64,000 bases of DNA from an uncultured Gammaproteobacteria bacterium (GTDB taxonomy: Bacteria; Patescibacteriota; Patescibacteriia; Patescibacteriales; GWE2-39-37), in NCBI GenBank assembly GCA_964443495.1, contig CAYUCS010000002.1, positions 324,021 through 388,020 of the forward strand, given 5' to 3'. Below the pieces are notes generated by a model. It did no database searches. It was not told the origin of the DNA and worked only from the letters and a program-made list of their open reading frames with translations. The position numbers and the translations under genes were made by a program. How positions within the stretch are numbered: position 1 is the stretch's first letter; every line of letters starts with the position of its first letter. Shown here piece by piece: positions 54,412 through 63,798 of the stretch.

Positions 54412-54577
54412 AAAGCTTGTCCGCCTTGGGCGGGTATGACTTATAAGCTCATTGTAGCCTTAATGCAGGCAAGCCACAACATTGACAAATAGCACAAAAT
54501 ATGATTAAATATACGAAATTTGCCCTTTTACCAACACTCAACACGGGTACATATAAAACCGGGAAGGAGAACCTACA

Positions 54578-55060
54578 ATGAAAGAGCGCGTCATCCAGCC
54601 GTTGACCCAGTTCCTTGAAGAGGAAAAGAAAACCGCCCAAGCACAGCTGCTGCAGCTAGTGGAGGAACGCAACCACCTGAGGAGCCGCACAGCTTCCTTG
54701 CTGGCCGCATTCAACCAATGCAGCCAGCGGGCAAAGATTATCGAACTGCCCAAACTCGTCTATCTTTTCTTCCGCCTGGAATCGGCCAAATCATCTCTTG
54801 AACAGATAACTGACTATCTCATCCCCTACTACACCAAGGCTCAGGAACTTGCCAGCCAATCACTCGATGCTATCGCCGAACACGACTATGACAAGGCCCT
54901 GATGGCTCTGGACCACATCCGGCGCAACCGCCCGATCAGCAACCAGCAGTTCAACGACGATTTACCGGTCAACAACCTGTCCAACCCGCGCTATGTCGCG
55001 AACTACTTCTTTGACCAGCTCCGGGAAATCCTGGGCGGCCGCCAAACGGCCCGAGGCTGA
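54578..55060 (+). CDS. hypothetical helical protein
   Basis: 160-aa ORF with SD gggaaggag upstream and its own terminator. Confidence 0.55.
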   Translation: MKERVIQPLTQFLEEEKKTAQAQLLQLVEERNHLRSRTASLLAAFNQCSQRAKIIELPKLVYLFFRLESAKSSLEQITDYLIPYYTKAQELASQSLDAIAEHDYDKALMALDHIRRNRPISNQQFNDDLPVNNLSNPRYVANYFFDQLREILGGRQTARG

Positions 55061-55080
55061 ATCTCAGAATTCCGCAGCCA

Positions 55081-55110
55081 AGCCCCGACTACTGGTCGGG
55101 GCTGTTTTTT
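55081..55110 (+). terminator. rho-independent terminator
   Basis: agccccgac / gtcggggct stem followed by gtttttt. Confidence 0.75.
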
Positions 55111-55188
55111 CCCGCCCTGCCTGTGTTAAGATTATCATGAGGACTGCTCATTCTAAACGACCCTGATTCTGGAAGAAAGGAGGCTCCG

Positions 55189-55824
55189 ATGGAACACACT
55201 TGCTCAACGCAAACCAGAAGCTTGCCGTTCAACCACGAGACGGAAGAATACGAAGGCAAATCCCGGTTCGTCAAAGGCTTCGAAGGCGACATCTTCACCC
55301 TCGGCTACTTCGACGACATGTCCCGGGTGCAAATCGGCCAGCGCAACCCGCACGACCTGCGGCCATGCCGTTGCTATGCCTTGCGCCCGCAAGACCAACC
55401 CCTCCTTGAAGAGGAGGTCTGGAATGACGGCAGCATCCTATCAATCGCTTACGAAAAATTCCGCTGGTGCGGCGTCAGATCCAAGATCATTACCTTGCAC
55501 AACGACCGCTACCACATCCCCGGGTTCCAGCCAGAAAGCAAGCAGGCTTATCCGGACCGCCTTTTCTTCATCGACCTGCTATATGACGAAGACGTCTATG
55601 TCGTCGATGTCCAGGCCGGGAAGGAATATTTCGAAAGGCTTTCATCAGGCAGGCATAACGTCCGGGCAGGCAGATTCGATCTCCTGGAAAGCTTCCGCGT
55701 AACCGCCAGGACCTTGGTGCCTATCAGCCACTATCACGGACAATTCCGTGAACCGACCATCCTCATCCGCCGCGAACTTTTGTTTGACGAAGTCAAATAT
55801 ATCAAAAGCTTCACCCGCAGATGA
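55189..55824 (+). CDS. hypothetical protein
   Basis: 211-aa ORF with SD aaaggagg upstream and its own terminator. No recognised motif. Confidence 0.55.
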   Translation: MEHTCSTQTRSLPFNHETEEYEGKSRFVKGFEGDIFTLGYFDDMSRVQIGQRNPHDLRPCRCYALRPQDQPLLEEEVWNDGSILSIAYEKFRWCGVRSKIITLHNDRYHIPGFQPESKQAYPDRLFFIDLLYDEDVYVVDVQAGKEYFERLSSGRHNVRAGRFDLLESFRVTARTLVPISHYHGQFREPTILIRRELLFDEVKYIKSFTRR

Positions 55825-55828
55825 GAAA

Positions 55829-55859
55829 AAGCCGAGATTACTCTCGGCTTCTTTTTTTT
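55829..55859. terminator. bidirectional terminator
   Basis: aagccgaga ttac tctcggctt flanked by an A-run and a 9-T run. Confidence 0.8.
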
Positions 55860-55887
55860 GAATAACTCGTTGCGGAATGGCGTCGGC

Positions 55888-56367
55888 TTATTTCGCTTGA
55901 CTGGCCGGATTGACGGAGCCGCCCTGATTCCGATCCACAGGCATGCCGAAGGGGCGATCTCGCAATTGCACCATCTGTGCAGTCACGCTGCCATCAGAGT
56001 TCGGCGTTCCGTTTACGGAAACCGCCTTGCCGATCTCCAAATCAGTCGCCGATCCGGCTGTCGATTTCATGATGCTTGAACTGGCATTAAGAAAGATTAT
56101 CTTGGAACCGCCATCAGACAACTTGACCGTAACGCTAGCATCATCCTTCTTGATGATTTCGCCATTGATGAATCCGCCGCCATTGCCGCCCCGATTGCGC
56201 GCGCCCACATTGGCACCGCTCCCGAATTGCCGTCCTTGAAAATTCATTGCGTCCTGCCGGCCGCCCGCCGGTTGCCTTGCTTGCCCGTATTTCATCCCGC
56301 CGTAAAAGCCGGCCGCCCCGATAACCGCCACGATAGCGGCTGTCACTAGCAGATTGTTCTTGTTCAT
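55888..56367 (-). CDS. secreted Gly-rich protein with a C-terminal beta domain (paralog of 60309..60812)
   Basis: 159 aa. N-terminal TM/signal, Gly/Arg/Asn-rich linker, then ASVTVKLSDGGSKIIFLNASSSIMKS...DLEIGKAVSVNGTPNSDGSVTAQMVQL. Confidence 0.55.
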   Translation of the reverse strand: MNKNNLLVTAAIVAVIGAAGFYGGMKYGQARQPAGGRQDAMNFQGRQFGSGANVGARNRGGNGGGFINGEIIKKDDASVTVKLSDGGSKIIFLNASSSIMKSTAGSATDLEIGKAVSVNGTPNSDGSVTAQMVQLRDRPFGMPVDRNQGGSVNPASQAK

Positions 56368-56400
56368 ATCATTCTATGATTTAAGTATTAATTTTTGAAA

Positions 56401-57624
56401 TTATTCGTATCTGAGCGCTTCGATCGGATTGAGCTTAGCCGCCCGCCTAGCGGGATAATAGCCGAAAATTATGCCGATGGCCGCCGAAACGCCGAAGGCT
56501 AACAGCACCGAAGACATCGATATGGTCGTATTGATGCCGGCAAAGCTGGTCACGGCCTTGGATGCTAGCCAGCCGAGCCCTACGCCGATCAGCCCGCCGA
56601 TGAACGTCAGCATCACCGATTCGGCCAAAAACTGATTGCTGATATCGTCGCGCTTGGCGCCGATAGCCTTGCGCAAGCCGATTTCGCGCGTGCGCTCGGT
56701 CACGGTCGTCAGCATCATATTCATGATGCCGATGCCGCCGACAATCAAGGATATGCCGGCAATTGCTGCAAGCAATATGGTGAAGGTTCCGGTCACCGAA
56801 GACGCCGTTGCGACGATATCGGCCTGGTTCAGTATCTGGAAATCCGCCTGTTGGGGATTGGAAATCTTGTGCCGCGACAGCAGCAAATCGCTGATTTGCT
56901 GCTGGATGGTCGATAACGAATCGGCATCCGGCGCCTGGACGCTGATCGTTGAGACATAACTGTTGCCCGAAAGGTAATTCTGGGCCACCGTGATCGGCAC
57001 GAAAATCATGTCGTCCTGATTGCCGAAACCGGTACCGCCCTTGGACTTGGTGACGCCAACAATCTTGAAATCTACTTGATTGATCCTGATTTTCTGGCCG
57101 ATTACGCTAGCGCCGACGCCGAACAGGTCATCCCTGGTGGTCGGCGCCAAGACAGCCACCTTGGCTAAGCTTTTGACCTGGGCATCGTTAAAGAAAGCGC
57201 CGTCAGCCACCTCGATATTCCTGACGGCAGCATATGCCGGCATCGTGCCGACGATCTGAGTATTGGTGTTCTTGCCCTTTGCCGTCACCTGATAACGGCG
57301 CGAAACGTCCGGCGCGATCGCCTTGATCGTCGTGATGCTTTTTTGGATCGATTCGGCGTCGTCCAGAGTCAGGGTCTGGGCGCTGCCTCTTCCGGCGCTG
57401 GCTCCGCCGCCGACGTTACGCTGGGATCCTGGCGTTATCATGAGCAGGTTCGACCCGATCGATTGTATGCTGGATTCGATCGTGCTCTGAGCACCTTGCC
57501 CGATCGAGACCATAGCGATGACCGAGCCGATGCCGATAACGATGCCGAGCATGGTCAGCCCGGAACGGGCTTTATTGGCGGTTACGGCCGTATATGTCTC
57601 TTGGAATAAATCTGATGTCAGCAT
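56401..57624 (-). CDS. MacB/FtsX-type ABC transporter permease
   Basis: 407 aa. N-terminal TM, a large extracytoplasmic domain, then three C-terminal TMs. Typical RSGLTMLGIVIGIGSVIAM start and LRYE end. Confidence 0.85.
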   Translation of the reverse strand: MLTSDLFQETYTAVTANKARSGLTMLGIVIGIGSVIAMVSIGQGAQSTIESSIQSIGSNLLMITPGSQRNVGGGASAGRGSAQTLTLDDAESIQKSITTIKAIAPDVSRRYQVTAKGKNTNTQIVGTMPAYAAVRNIEVADGAFFNDAQVKSLAKVAVLAPTTRDDLFGVGASVIGQKIRINQVDFKIVGVTKSKGGTGFGNQDDMIFVPITVAQNYLSGNSYVSTISVQAPDADSLSTIQQQISDLLLSRHKISNPQQADFQILNQADIVATASSVTGTFTILLAAIAGISLIVGGIGIMNMMLTTVTERTREIGLRKAIGAKRDDISNQFLAESVMLTFIGGLIGVGLGWLASKAVTSFAGINTTISMSSVLLAFGVSAAIGIIFGYYPARRAAKLNPIEALRYE

Positions 57625-57625
57625 A

Positions 57626-58318
57626 TCATTTGTTTTTCTTGTCTTCGACTATCTCTCCGTCACGCAGCACGATGATGCGATGAGCGTGTTGGGCCACGTC
57701 ATACTCATGGGTAATGAGGATGATGGTGTGCCCCTCCTCCTTGTTCAACCTCTCAAAAGTATCAAGCACGACCTGGCCGGTCTTGGTGTCGAGGTTGCCC
57801 GTCGGCTCATCTGCCAAGATAATAGACGGATTGTTCACCAGGGCCCGGGCGATCGCCACGCGCTGCATCTGTCCGCCGGAAAGCTGATTGGACAAATGCC
57901 GCCAGCGATCCTCATCCAGACCGGCCGCAGCCAAGGCATCCTTGGCCTGCTTTTCGCGCTGGGACAAAGGTGTCTCCGCATAGATCAAAGGCAGCATCAC
58001 GTTGCGCAACACGGTCGCGCGAGACAGCAGATTGAATGCCTGGAAGACGAAGCCGATCTTGTGTCCCCTGATATCGGCCAACTGATCATCGGTCAGTTTG
58101 GACACGTCCTGCCCATCAAGGAAATACTCTCCACTGGTCGGGCTATCGAGCGCCCCGATGATGTGCATCAGGGTCGATTTGCCCGAACCGGAAGGCCCGG
58201 TTATGGCGACGAATTCTCCCTTTTCGATCTTGAATGAGACGTCCTTCAAGACATGTGTCTCGCCGCCGCCGTTCTTATATACCTTATTGATATTCTTGCA
58301 CTCGATCATGCCTTTCAA
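57626..58318 (-). CDS. ABC transporter ATP-binding protein (MacB/LolD-type)
   Basis: 230 aa. Walker A GPSGSGKST, signature LSGGQMQRVAIARAL, Walker B ILADEPTGNLD. Confidence 0.9.
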   Translation of the reverse strand: MKGMIECKNINKVYKNGGGETHVLKDVSFKIEKGEFVAITGPSGSGKSTLMHIIGALDSPTSGEYFLDGQDVSKLTDDQLADIRGHKIGFVFQAFNLLSRATVLRNVMLPLIYAETPLSQREKQAKDALAAAGLDEDRWRHLSNQLSGGQMQRVAIARALVNNPSIILADEPTGNLDTKTGQVVLDTFERLNKEEGHTIILITHEYDVAQHAHRIIVLRDGEIVEDKKNK

Positions 58319-60297
58319 TTGCGCGGGCCGCCTCCGAATACGCCGAAGCCCCCGCGCGTATTGCCAGAACCGGCTGTCGCTTTAGTTGCCGAGCTGACCG
58401 TGCTGATAACCACGGCGTCGCCGTCATTAAGCCCTTGGGTCACCTCCGTCTCGGTGTCGTTGGCCAAGCCGATTTGGACGATTTTTCTTTCCGGAGCGTT
58501 CGGCGAAGTTACCGGTGCGCCAGTATCGGCCACGCCGGGCAGCACCTCGACATAGGAGCCGGTGCCGTCGGATTTTATAGCGGAGTTAGCGACCATCAAG
58601 ACGCCCGATTTGCGGTCGGTGATTATCGATGCGCCGACGCTCATCCCCGGTTTGACCCGCTCATCCTGGGTGTCAAAAACTATCTTGACCCCGTAACTGA
58701 CGACCCCCTGGGAAACGGTGCCGATCGTATCGACGCTGCCGACGACGCCGCTGATTGACAAGTCGTCGATCGCGCTGAATGTCAGCGTCGCCTTCTGGCC
58801 AACCTTGACCCGGGCGGCATCGACCTCATTCAAGGTGATGCTCGCTACCTGCGACTGGGTAATCACTGTGGCGGCGGCCGTGGCCGGTGCCGCTTCATCG
58901 CCTACCTTAAGCGCTATCTTGGCGACTACGCCGTCGATCGGCGATACGATTTTCGCCTCTGCCAGGTTTTCCAAAGCGAGCGCATAGGAATTCTCGGCCT
59001 GCGACAGCTGAGCTCTAAGTGAAGCCAAGTCCTCCGGACGAGGCTTGGCTACCTTCAAGGCATATTGCGCTTGGGAATTTTCATAGGAAAGCTTTTTGGA
59101 AGCCAAATCCGCCTGCGCCGAATCCAATGATTTTTTATAATCCAGCTGCGCTTGGTCGTATGCTATCTGGGCCGAATCCCAAGCGGCCTTGGCATTGGCA
59201 GAGCTGCTTTTCGACGATAAGTCCGACGAGGAGAAATTCAATTTGGCATTGATGATAGACTGTTTCGAAGATTGGATCGAGTTCAAGGCCGAAAGCATTC
59301 CTGATTCTTGGGATGAAGCGGCCTGGCGATAGGAATCCAGCGTCGCCTGCGACAAGCTGGATGCGGTTATGGTGTTAAGCAGAAGCTGATAGACATTATG
59401 TTCCAATGCCTTCATCTTCTGCAAAGCATCGGCGGTCTTGTCGAGCAAGGCCTCTTCCTGCGCCCTGTCCCAGCTTATGGAAACTGACTGATACTGCGCC
59501 TCGAGGCCAGCCAAAGATTCTTTGGCGGCGGCGTATGATGACTGGGAATCGGATAGGGTCTGCGAGTTCATTACGCCGAGCAAAGTCTTGTCAGGAAAAG
59601 TCGAAGCTCGATCGATTCCCAGCACGCTGTCAGCCGAAACCAGGCCCGAGCGTAAGGCAAGCATGGCCGAACTGATAGAATTTTTGGCATTTTCATAAGC
59701 GTTTTCCAAGGCCTGGGTGTTGCTGCTATCGGTAACCGGCTGTTCGGACAATGAATTCTGATACTGCGCCTTGGCGCTGTCATACTGCTGCTGCGCTTTT
59801 TTCAAGGCCTGTTCGGCGGTCAGCTTGGAATATTCGAAAGTGGTTTTCGCCGAGTCGTATGAAAGTTTGGCCGAATCGACCGACTTCTGCGAAACAGCTA
59901 AGTCTTCCTTTGTCGGGCCGGCTATCTTTAGATTCAGGCTGGCGCGAGCCGAGTCAACGCTGTTCTTGGCCTGGCTGACCTGATTCTTCAACTCTTTATT
60001 ATCAAGCTGCAATATCGCGTCGCCGGCTTTTACGGGTTGTTTTTCCTTGGCAAAAACCGCAACCACGTTGGCAGCGCTTTTCGGCTTGATGTCGATCTGA
60101 CTCAAAGCAGCAACTTGTCCCGTGCCGCTTATCGAAACCACCAAATCTCCCCGAAACGCTTTGCCCAGCACGTATTGCGTCGGAACGGTCTTGGCTTGGC
60201 CGGACTGATACCAATAATAACCGCCACCCAACAGCAAAACGACTGCTACGATCCTTTTTTTATGAGCTTTCAGATAAGCGATAATTTTTTCTGTCAT
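58315..60297 (-). CDS. HlyD/MacA-type periplasmic adaptor with an unusually long coiled-coil hairpin
   Basis: 660 aa. N-terminal TM, lipoyl-like half (VKAGDAILQLD), a Ser/Ala/Gln-rich helical region that I estimate by eye at roughly 300 aa or more, and C-terminal beta-barrel-like segments. Confidence 0.7.
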   Translation of the reverse strand: MTEKIIAYLKAHKKRIVAVVLLLGGGYYWYQSGQAKTVPTQYVLGKAFRGDLVVSISGTGQVAALSQIDIKPKSAANVVAVFAKEKQPVKAGDAILQLDNKELKNQVSQAKNSVDSARASLNLKIAGPTKEDLAVSQKSVDSAKLSYDSAKTTFEYSKLTAEQALKKAQQQYDSAKAQYQNSLSEQPVTDSSNTQALENAYENAKNSISSAMLALRSGLVSADSVLGIDRASTFPDKTLLGVMNSQTLSDSQSSYAAAKESLAGLEAQYQSVSISWDRAQEEALLDKTADALQKMKALEHNVYQLLLNTITASSLSQATLDSYRQAASSQESGMLSALNSIQSSKQSIINAKLNFSSSDLSSKSSSANAKAAWDSAQIAYDQAQLDYKKSLDSAQADLASKKLSYENSQAQYALKVAKPRPEDLASLRAQLSQAENSYALALENLAEAKIVSPIDGVVAKIALKVGDEAAPATAAATVITQSQVASITLNEVDAARVKVGQKATLTFSAIDDLSISGVVGSVDTIGTVSQGVVSYGVKIVFDTQDERVKPGMSVGASIITDRKSGVLMVANSAIKSDGTGSYVEVLPGVADTGAPVTSPNAPERKIVQIGLANDTETEVTQGLNDGDAVVISTVSSATKATAGSGNTRGGFGVFGGGPRN

Positions 60298-60308
60298 CTT
60301 GATAAGCG

Positions 60309-60812
60309 TTACTGCTTGTTAAAGAGTCGGATGAATTTGGCATTGATCTGCCCTTGCTCGTTCGGATCGCCCATGACCATTACCTCGTCGCCGGTCTTGA
60401 TGTCGGTAATTGACAGGTTCTGCCGGCGTTCGACGATGGCAGTGTCCTTGCTGACAATAACGGTCTTTTCGATATTGTCACCCCCCTTGATGGCGAACGT
60501 GGTCGAAGCGATGCTGACGATCTTGCCGCCAGCTCCGTGCGGATTCATCATGAAGCGGCCGTCATTGAACGGCTGAAAACCGCCGAAGCCTCGGCCGTCA
60601 CGGTCGCGTCTATCAAAATCGCCCATCATCATGCCCGGACGCGGGCCGCCGAAGTTGCCAGGGTAATTCCTCTCCCAGCTATAGGCGAAGTTGGCCTTCC
60701 TGAAACCGACTATCATGCCCAGGCGGAAAGCGCCCAGGACGACGATCAAGGCGGCGATGACCGCCAACGTCCATTTGAAATAACCGGATTTTACGACTTT
60801 TTCCATTTCCAT
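60309..60812 (-). CDS. secreted Gly-rich protein with a C-terminal beta domain (paralog of 55888..56367)
   Basis: 167 aa. TM anchor, Gly/Pro/Arg/Met-rich linker, then TFAIKGGDNIEKTVIVSKDTAIVERRQNLSITDIKTGDEVMVMGDPNEQGQINAKFIRL. Confidence 0.55.
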   Translation of the reverse strand: MEMEKVVKSGYFKWTLAVIAALIVVLGAFRLGMIVGFRKANFAYSWERNYPGNFGGPRPGMMMGDFDRRDRDGRGFGGFQPFNDGRFMMNPHGAGGKIVSIASTTFAIKGGDNIEKTVIVSKDTAIVERRQNLSITDIKTGDEVMVMGDPNEQGQINAKFIRLFNKQ

Positions 60813-60821
60813 ATTCTTATC

Positions 60822-61256
60822 TTAACGAGCCAGCCTATGCGGACGATGGGCAAGCTCTTGTATTAATATCTTGAAAGCCAACAACGAGATGAACAGGCCG
60901 AGCATCAGCCAGATGGCCGAAGCGACCGGCAATGATTCCACGAGATAGGTCGAATAAACCTGCCAATTAGAGATGACTGCCCTGCAATCGGAGAAAAGCA
61001 TCTTGACCAGCACCCAGGTTTCGGAGCCGGCGAATTCCAGCAAAGCCGCCTTGCCCCACAGGATGGCCGACACGCCAAAAGCAGCGACCATAAGGCTGGC
61101 GGCGGCTAATTTAAGGCGAAAATAGAGCATCTGCTTGCGATAAATCGCCGACATCACGTCGCTAAATAGGCGCTCGCGCGGCTGGGCAATGGCTGCCGAA
61201 TCGAAGGCTTGCTCGATTTTACGTTCAAAAACATCTTTGTTCATCTCTTTGTTCAT
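60822..61256 (-). CDS. putative anti-sigma factor (membrane protein)
   Basis: Start placed at ATG 61256 (MNKEMNKD), 39 nt after the sigma gene. Several TM helices. The call rests on position only. Confidence 0.4.
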   Translation of the reverse strand: MNKEMNKDVFERKIEQAFDSAAIAQPRERLFSDVMSAIYRKQMLYFRLKLAAASLMVAAFGVSAILWGKAALLEFAGSETWVLVKMLFSDCRAVISNWQVYSTYLVESLPVASAIWLMLGLFISLLAFKILIQELAHRPHRLAR

Positions 61257-61295
61257 ATTTATATATACGTAGATAAATAAAAAATGGTGCAATTG

Positions 61296-61862
61296 TCATT
61301 GACCATTCAGCATAAGTTTCCTTAATTTTATCAAGGCCCGACGGTGGCGGCTTTTGACCGTATCCAACGGTTCCCGATTCATGTCTGCAATTTCCGCGAA
61401 GGTAATCTTCTCCCCATAATACAAGAGCAGGAGCACCCTGTCCTCGGAGGGGAGCTTGAGCAGCTGTTCTCCCAATTCTTTTTCCAATTCCAGCTTCTCC
61501 AGCCTGTCCAACGCCGAAAGCTCCCCGGAAGCGACCGATTCGAAAATATCCTCGCCCCCGTCTTCGCCATCGGTTGCAGACACGGTGGCAATCTTCTTTT
61601 TGCGGAAATAATCGATCAGTGTCCGACGGGCGATAGTAAAAATCCAAATCTTAAAACTTTTGTCAGCATCATATTTCTTGATTCCGCGCCACGCTTTCAA
61701 AAAAATTTCCTGGGTCAGATCCTCCGCCTGCGGCGCGTCTCCGATTGCGCGCAGGACAAATCCGTAGACCGGCGAAAGATAGCGCTGGATCAGGATCTCA
61801 AGGGCTTGATCGCTGCCGTCAGCATATTGCCTGGCTAATTGTTCATCGGTAAATAGCTCCAT
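61296..61862 (-). CDS. ECF-type RNA polymerase sigma-70 family factor
   Basis: 188 aa. Region 2 (AEDLTQEIFLKAWRGIKKYD..FKIWIFTIARRTLIDYFRK) and region 4 (DRVLLLLYYGEKITFAEIADMNREPLDTVKSRHRRALIKLRK). Confidence 0.85.
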   Translation of the reverse strand: MELFTDEQLARQYADGSDQALEILIQRYLSPVYGFVLRAIGDAPQAEDLTQEIFLKAWRGIKKYDADKSFKIWIFTIARRTLIDYFRKKKIATVSATDGEDGGEDIFESVASGELSALDRLEKLELEKELGEQLLKLPSEDRVLLLLYYGEKITFAEIADMNREPLDTVKSRHRRALIKLRKLMLNGQ

Positions 61863-61917
61863 GAAGACATCATAGGCCTTAAAAAGAAAGTTGGCAAAGC
61901 GGTTGTCTCAATGGTCG

Positions 61918-62694
61918 CTATTTGCTATTGCGCCAAAGATTTTCGAATAACTGGCTATAATTATTAGCCAGGTGCCGGTTAGTCATCTTGATTCCCACGA
62001 GATTATCACTTTCCATGGACAAGATACTGACCGTATCGCCCAGAACATACAAGGCAAACCGGCTGACAGCGCTGTCGGGAGCCAGGCGGCGCATCTCCAA
62101 GCCCTGTCTTGATTTGTAATATGCCAGCTTCTTCTTTTCCAAGGCTGAATCGTTGATAAGCAGCTTGGTCCGGATATTCTTTTCTTGGCGCAACCTCTTG
62201 ATCCGGTCATGCCACTCCTGGCCGAAGACAAATCCCCACTCGTCTTGCCAGACGAATTCATCCCTGATGATTTTCATCGTTTCGTCCGTACCCGCTTGGC
62301 GCAGCATCGACATATATATCTTTTTCAGGCCGTCCTGTCCCTCGAATACGACAACCTCCGGAATGTTTATATCACTGCGGCCCTGTGCCTTGACTGCCAA
62401 GCTGACATCTTCCAGGATGCTTTTTTTGCGTTCAAGCAGCTGCTCCTCCCCCTTGATCAGCTGTTTCAGCGCTTCAAGGTCTTCAGCCACGAACTGCTTG
62501 ACCTCGTTCTTGTAAGAGGTGCCGACTAGCCCCTTGCCGATCAGCGAATTCAGGGAAGTATAGACGCTGCTGCGCGATAGGCGGCATTTTTTAGCTATAT
62601 ATGTGGCGCTAGCCGGGGAATTAGCCAGCAAGACATCGTAAATGGCCGCTTCATAATCCCCCAGCCCCAAGGCTTTCAATTGATCTTTTAGCAT
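61918..62694 (-). CDS. TrmB-family HTH transcriptional regulator
   Basis: 258 aa. N-terminal LKALGLGDYEAAIYDVLLANSPASATYIAKKCRLSRSSVYTSLNSLIGKGLV. Confidence 0.7.
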   Translation of the reverse strand: MLKDQLKALGLGDYEAAIYDVLLANSPASATYIAKKCRLSRSSVYTSLNSLIGKGLVGTSYKNEVKQFVAEDLEALKQLIKGEEQLLERKKSILEDVSLAVKAQGRSDINIPEVVVFEGQDGLKKIYMSMLRQAGTDETMKIIRDEFVWQDEWGFVFGQEWHDRIKRLRQEKNIRTKLLINDSALEKKKLAYYKSRQGLEMRRLAPDSAVSRFALYVLGDTVSILSMESDNLVGIKMTNRHLANNYSQLFENLWRNSK

Positions 62695-62714
62695 ATGATG
62701 GCTTTATTACTTGT

Positions 62715-62732
62715 TGTCGTAACTGTACGACA
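62715..62732. promoter_or_regulatory. small palindrome in the TrmB / radical-SAM divergent intergenic region
   Basis: TGTCGTA actg TACGACA, followed by TGTACA and AGATATCT palindromes. Function not established. Confidence 0.3.
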
Positions 62733-62803
62733 CATTGTACATTATATCAGATATCTTAAGATGATAGCAAATGCTCATTACAACTAAATAAACGGAGGAA
62801 GCC

Positions 62804-63781
62804 ATGGAAAACTTGACTATGCCCCAACAAGCGAAGTGGGAAGATGGCGGCTGCCTGCCCCTGCCGCTAGCCAGTATCTGGATAACCGGCGTGTGCCAGC
62901 TCAAATGCCGCCACTGTTACGAAGGTTTGCGCGGCGGCCGAGCCTGCCACCTGCCCACCAAAGACGTGCTTCTCACCCTCGAGCGCCTCTCCCCCTTCGT
63001 CAGATCATTCTCGTTCATGGGCGGCGAGCCGCTATGCCATCCCGACCTGGCGGAAATCTGCGCCTATTCAAAGCAACGGCTCGGCAAATACACGCTGCTA
63101 GTCAGCAACGGCCAGGCATTTTCCGAGCGCTCAGTCGCCGCATTGCGCGGCAAGGTCGATTGCATCAAACTCGGCATGGACGGCGTAACCGCCAGATATC
63201 ACGATGCCGTCAGGGGAGAGGGCAGCTTCGCAAAAGCTATGCGCTCCTGGCAGCTCTTGGCCGACAGCATCCCCACCATGTGCAAATTCACGCTCAATTC
63301 GGAGAATCTGGCCGAGCTGCCGCGCATCGCCGACTTCTACCAGGGGTTAGGCGCCAAGCGGCTGATACTCAACGCCTGGCTCCGTATCGGAAACGGGTCA
63401 TCGGTTTGGAACCGCCGCTTCGCGCTTTCCGCCAGCCAAGTTTCTGAGGTGAACCGTTTCGTCGCTTCGGAGCTCAAGCCGCGATATGCCTCATTTCCCG
63501 TTTCCCGTTCCTGCTCGCTCGACAACGGTTGCCTTGATCACCCTGCCAGAACCTATTACGTCAATCGTGACGGGGCAGTTTCGCCCTGCATCTTTTCCGG
63601 CAGTCTAGCGATCGGCAATATACGAGAGCCAGACCAAAATGTAAGCAGCCTCTTGTCCCTCGTTGATCAAGAACGTCTCAACTACCGCGACCTGCACACT
63701 CGCGAACCGGTAACGCAAGCGAATCTTGCAGACATGGCAAGCTGCCAGCAAATATTATCGCTTGGCGCATGTCCCCACTAA
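62804..63781 (+). CDS. radical SAM enzyme with a C-terminal auxiliary-cluster (SPASM/twitch-like) Cys region
   Basis: 325 aa. CQLKCRHCY (CxxxCxxC), GGEPL. C-terminal CSLDNGC...VNRDGAVSPCIF. SD ggagg 6 nt upstream. Confidence 0.8.
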   Translation: MENLTMPQQAKWEDGGCLPLPLASIWITGVCQLKCRHCYEGLRGGRACHLPTKDVLLTLERLSPFVRSFSFMGGEPLCHPDLAEICAYSKQRLGKYTLLVSNGQAFSERSVAALRGKVDCIKLGMDGVTARYHDAVRGEGSFAKAMRSWQLLADSIPTMCKFTLNSENLAELPRIADFYQGLGAKRLILNAWLRIGNGSSVWNRRFALSASQVSEVNRFVASELKPRYASFPVSRSCSLDNGCLDHPARTYYVNRDGAVSPCIFSGSLAIGNIREPDQNVSSLLSLVDQERLNYRDLHTREPVTQANLADMASCQQILSLGACPH

Positions 63782-63798
63782 ACCCCAAGGAGGAAGCC

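Noticed and set aside
62695-62787. 30-codon ORF (MMALLLVVVTVRHIVHYIRYLKMIANAHYN) just upstream of the radical SAM genes, considered as a possible RiPP precursor.
   Set aside because: It has no SD and starts back-to-back with the divergent TrmB start codon. It has no Cys or Gly-rich core and no recognisable leader. More likely it is non-coding promoter or operator DNA.
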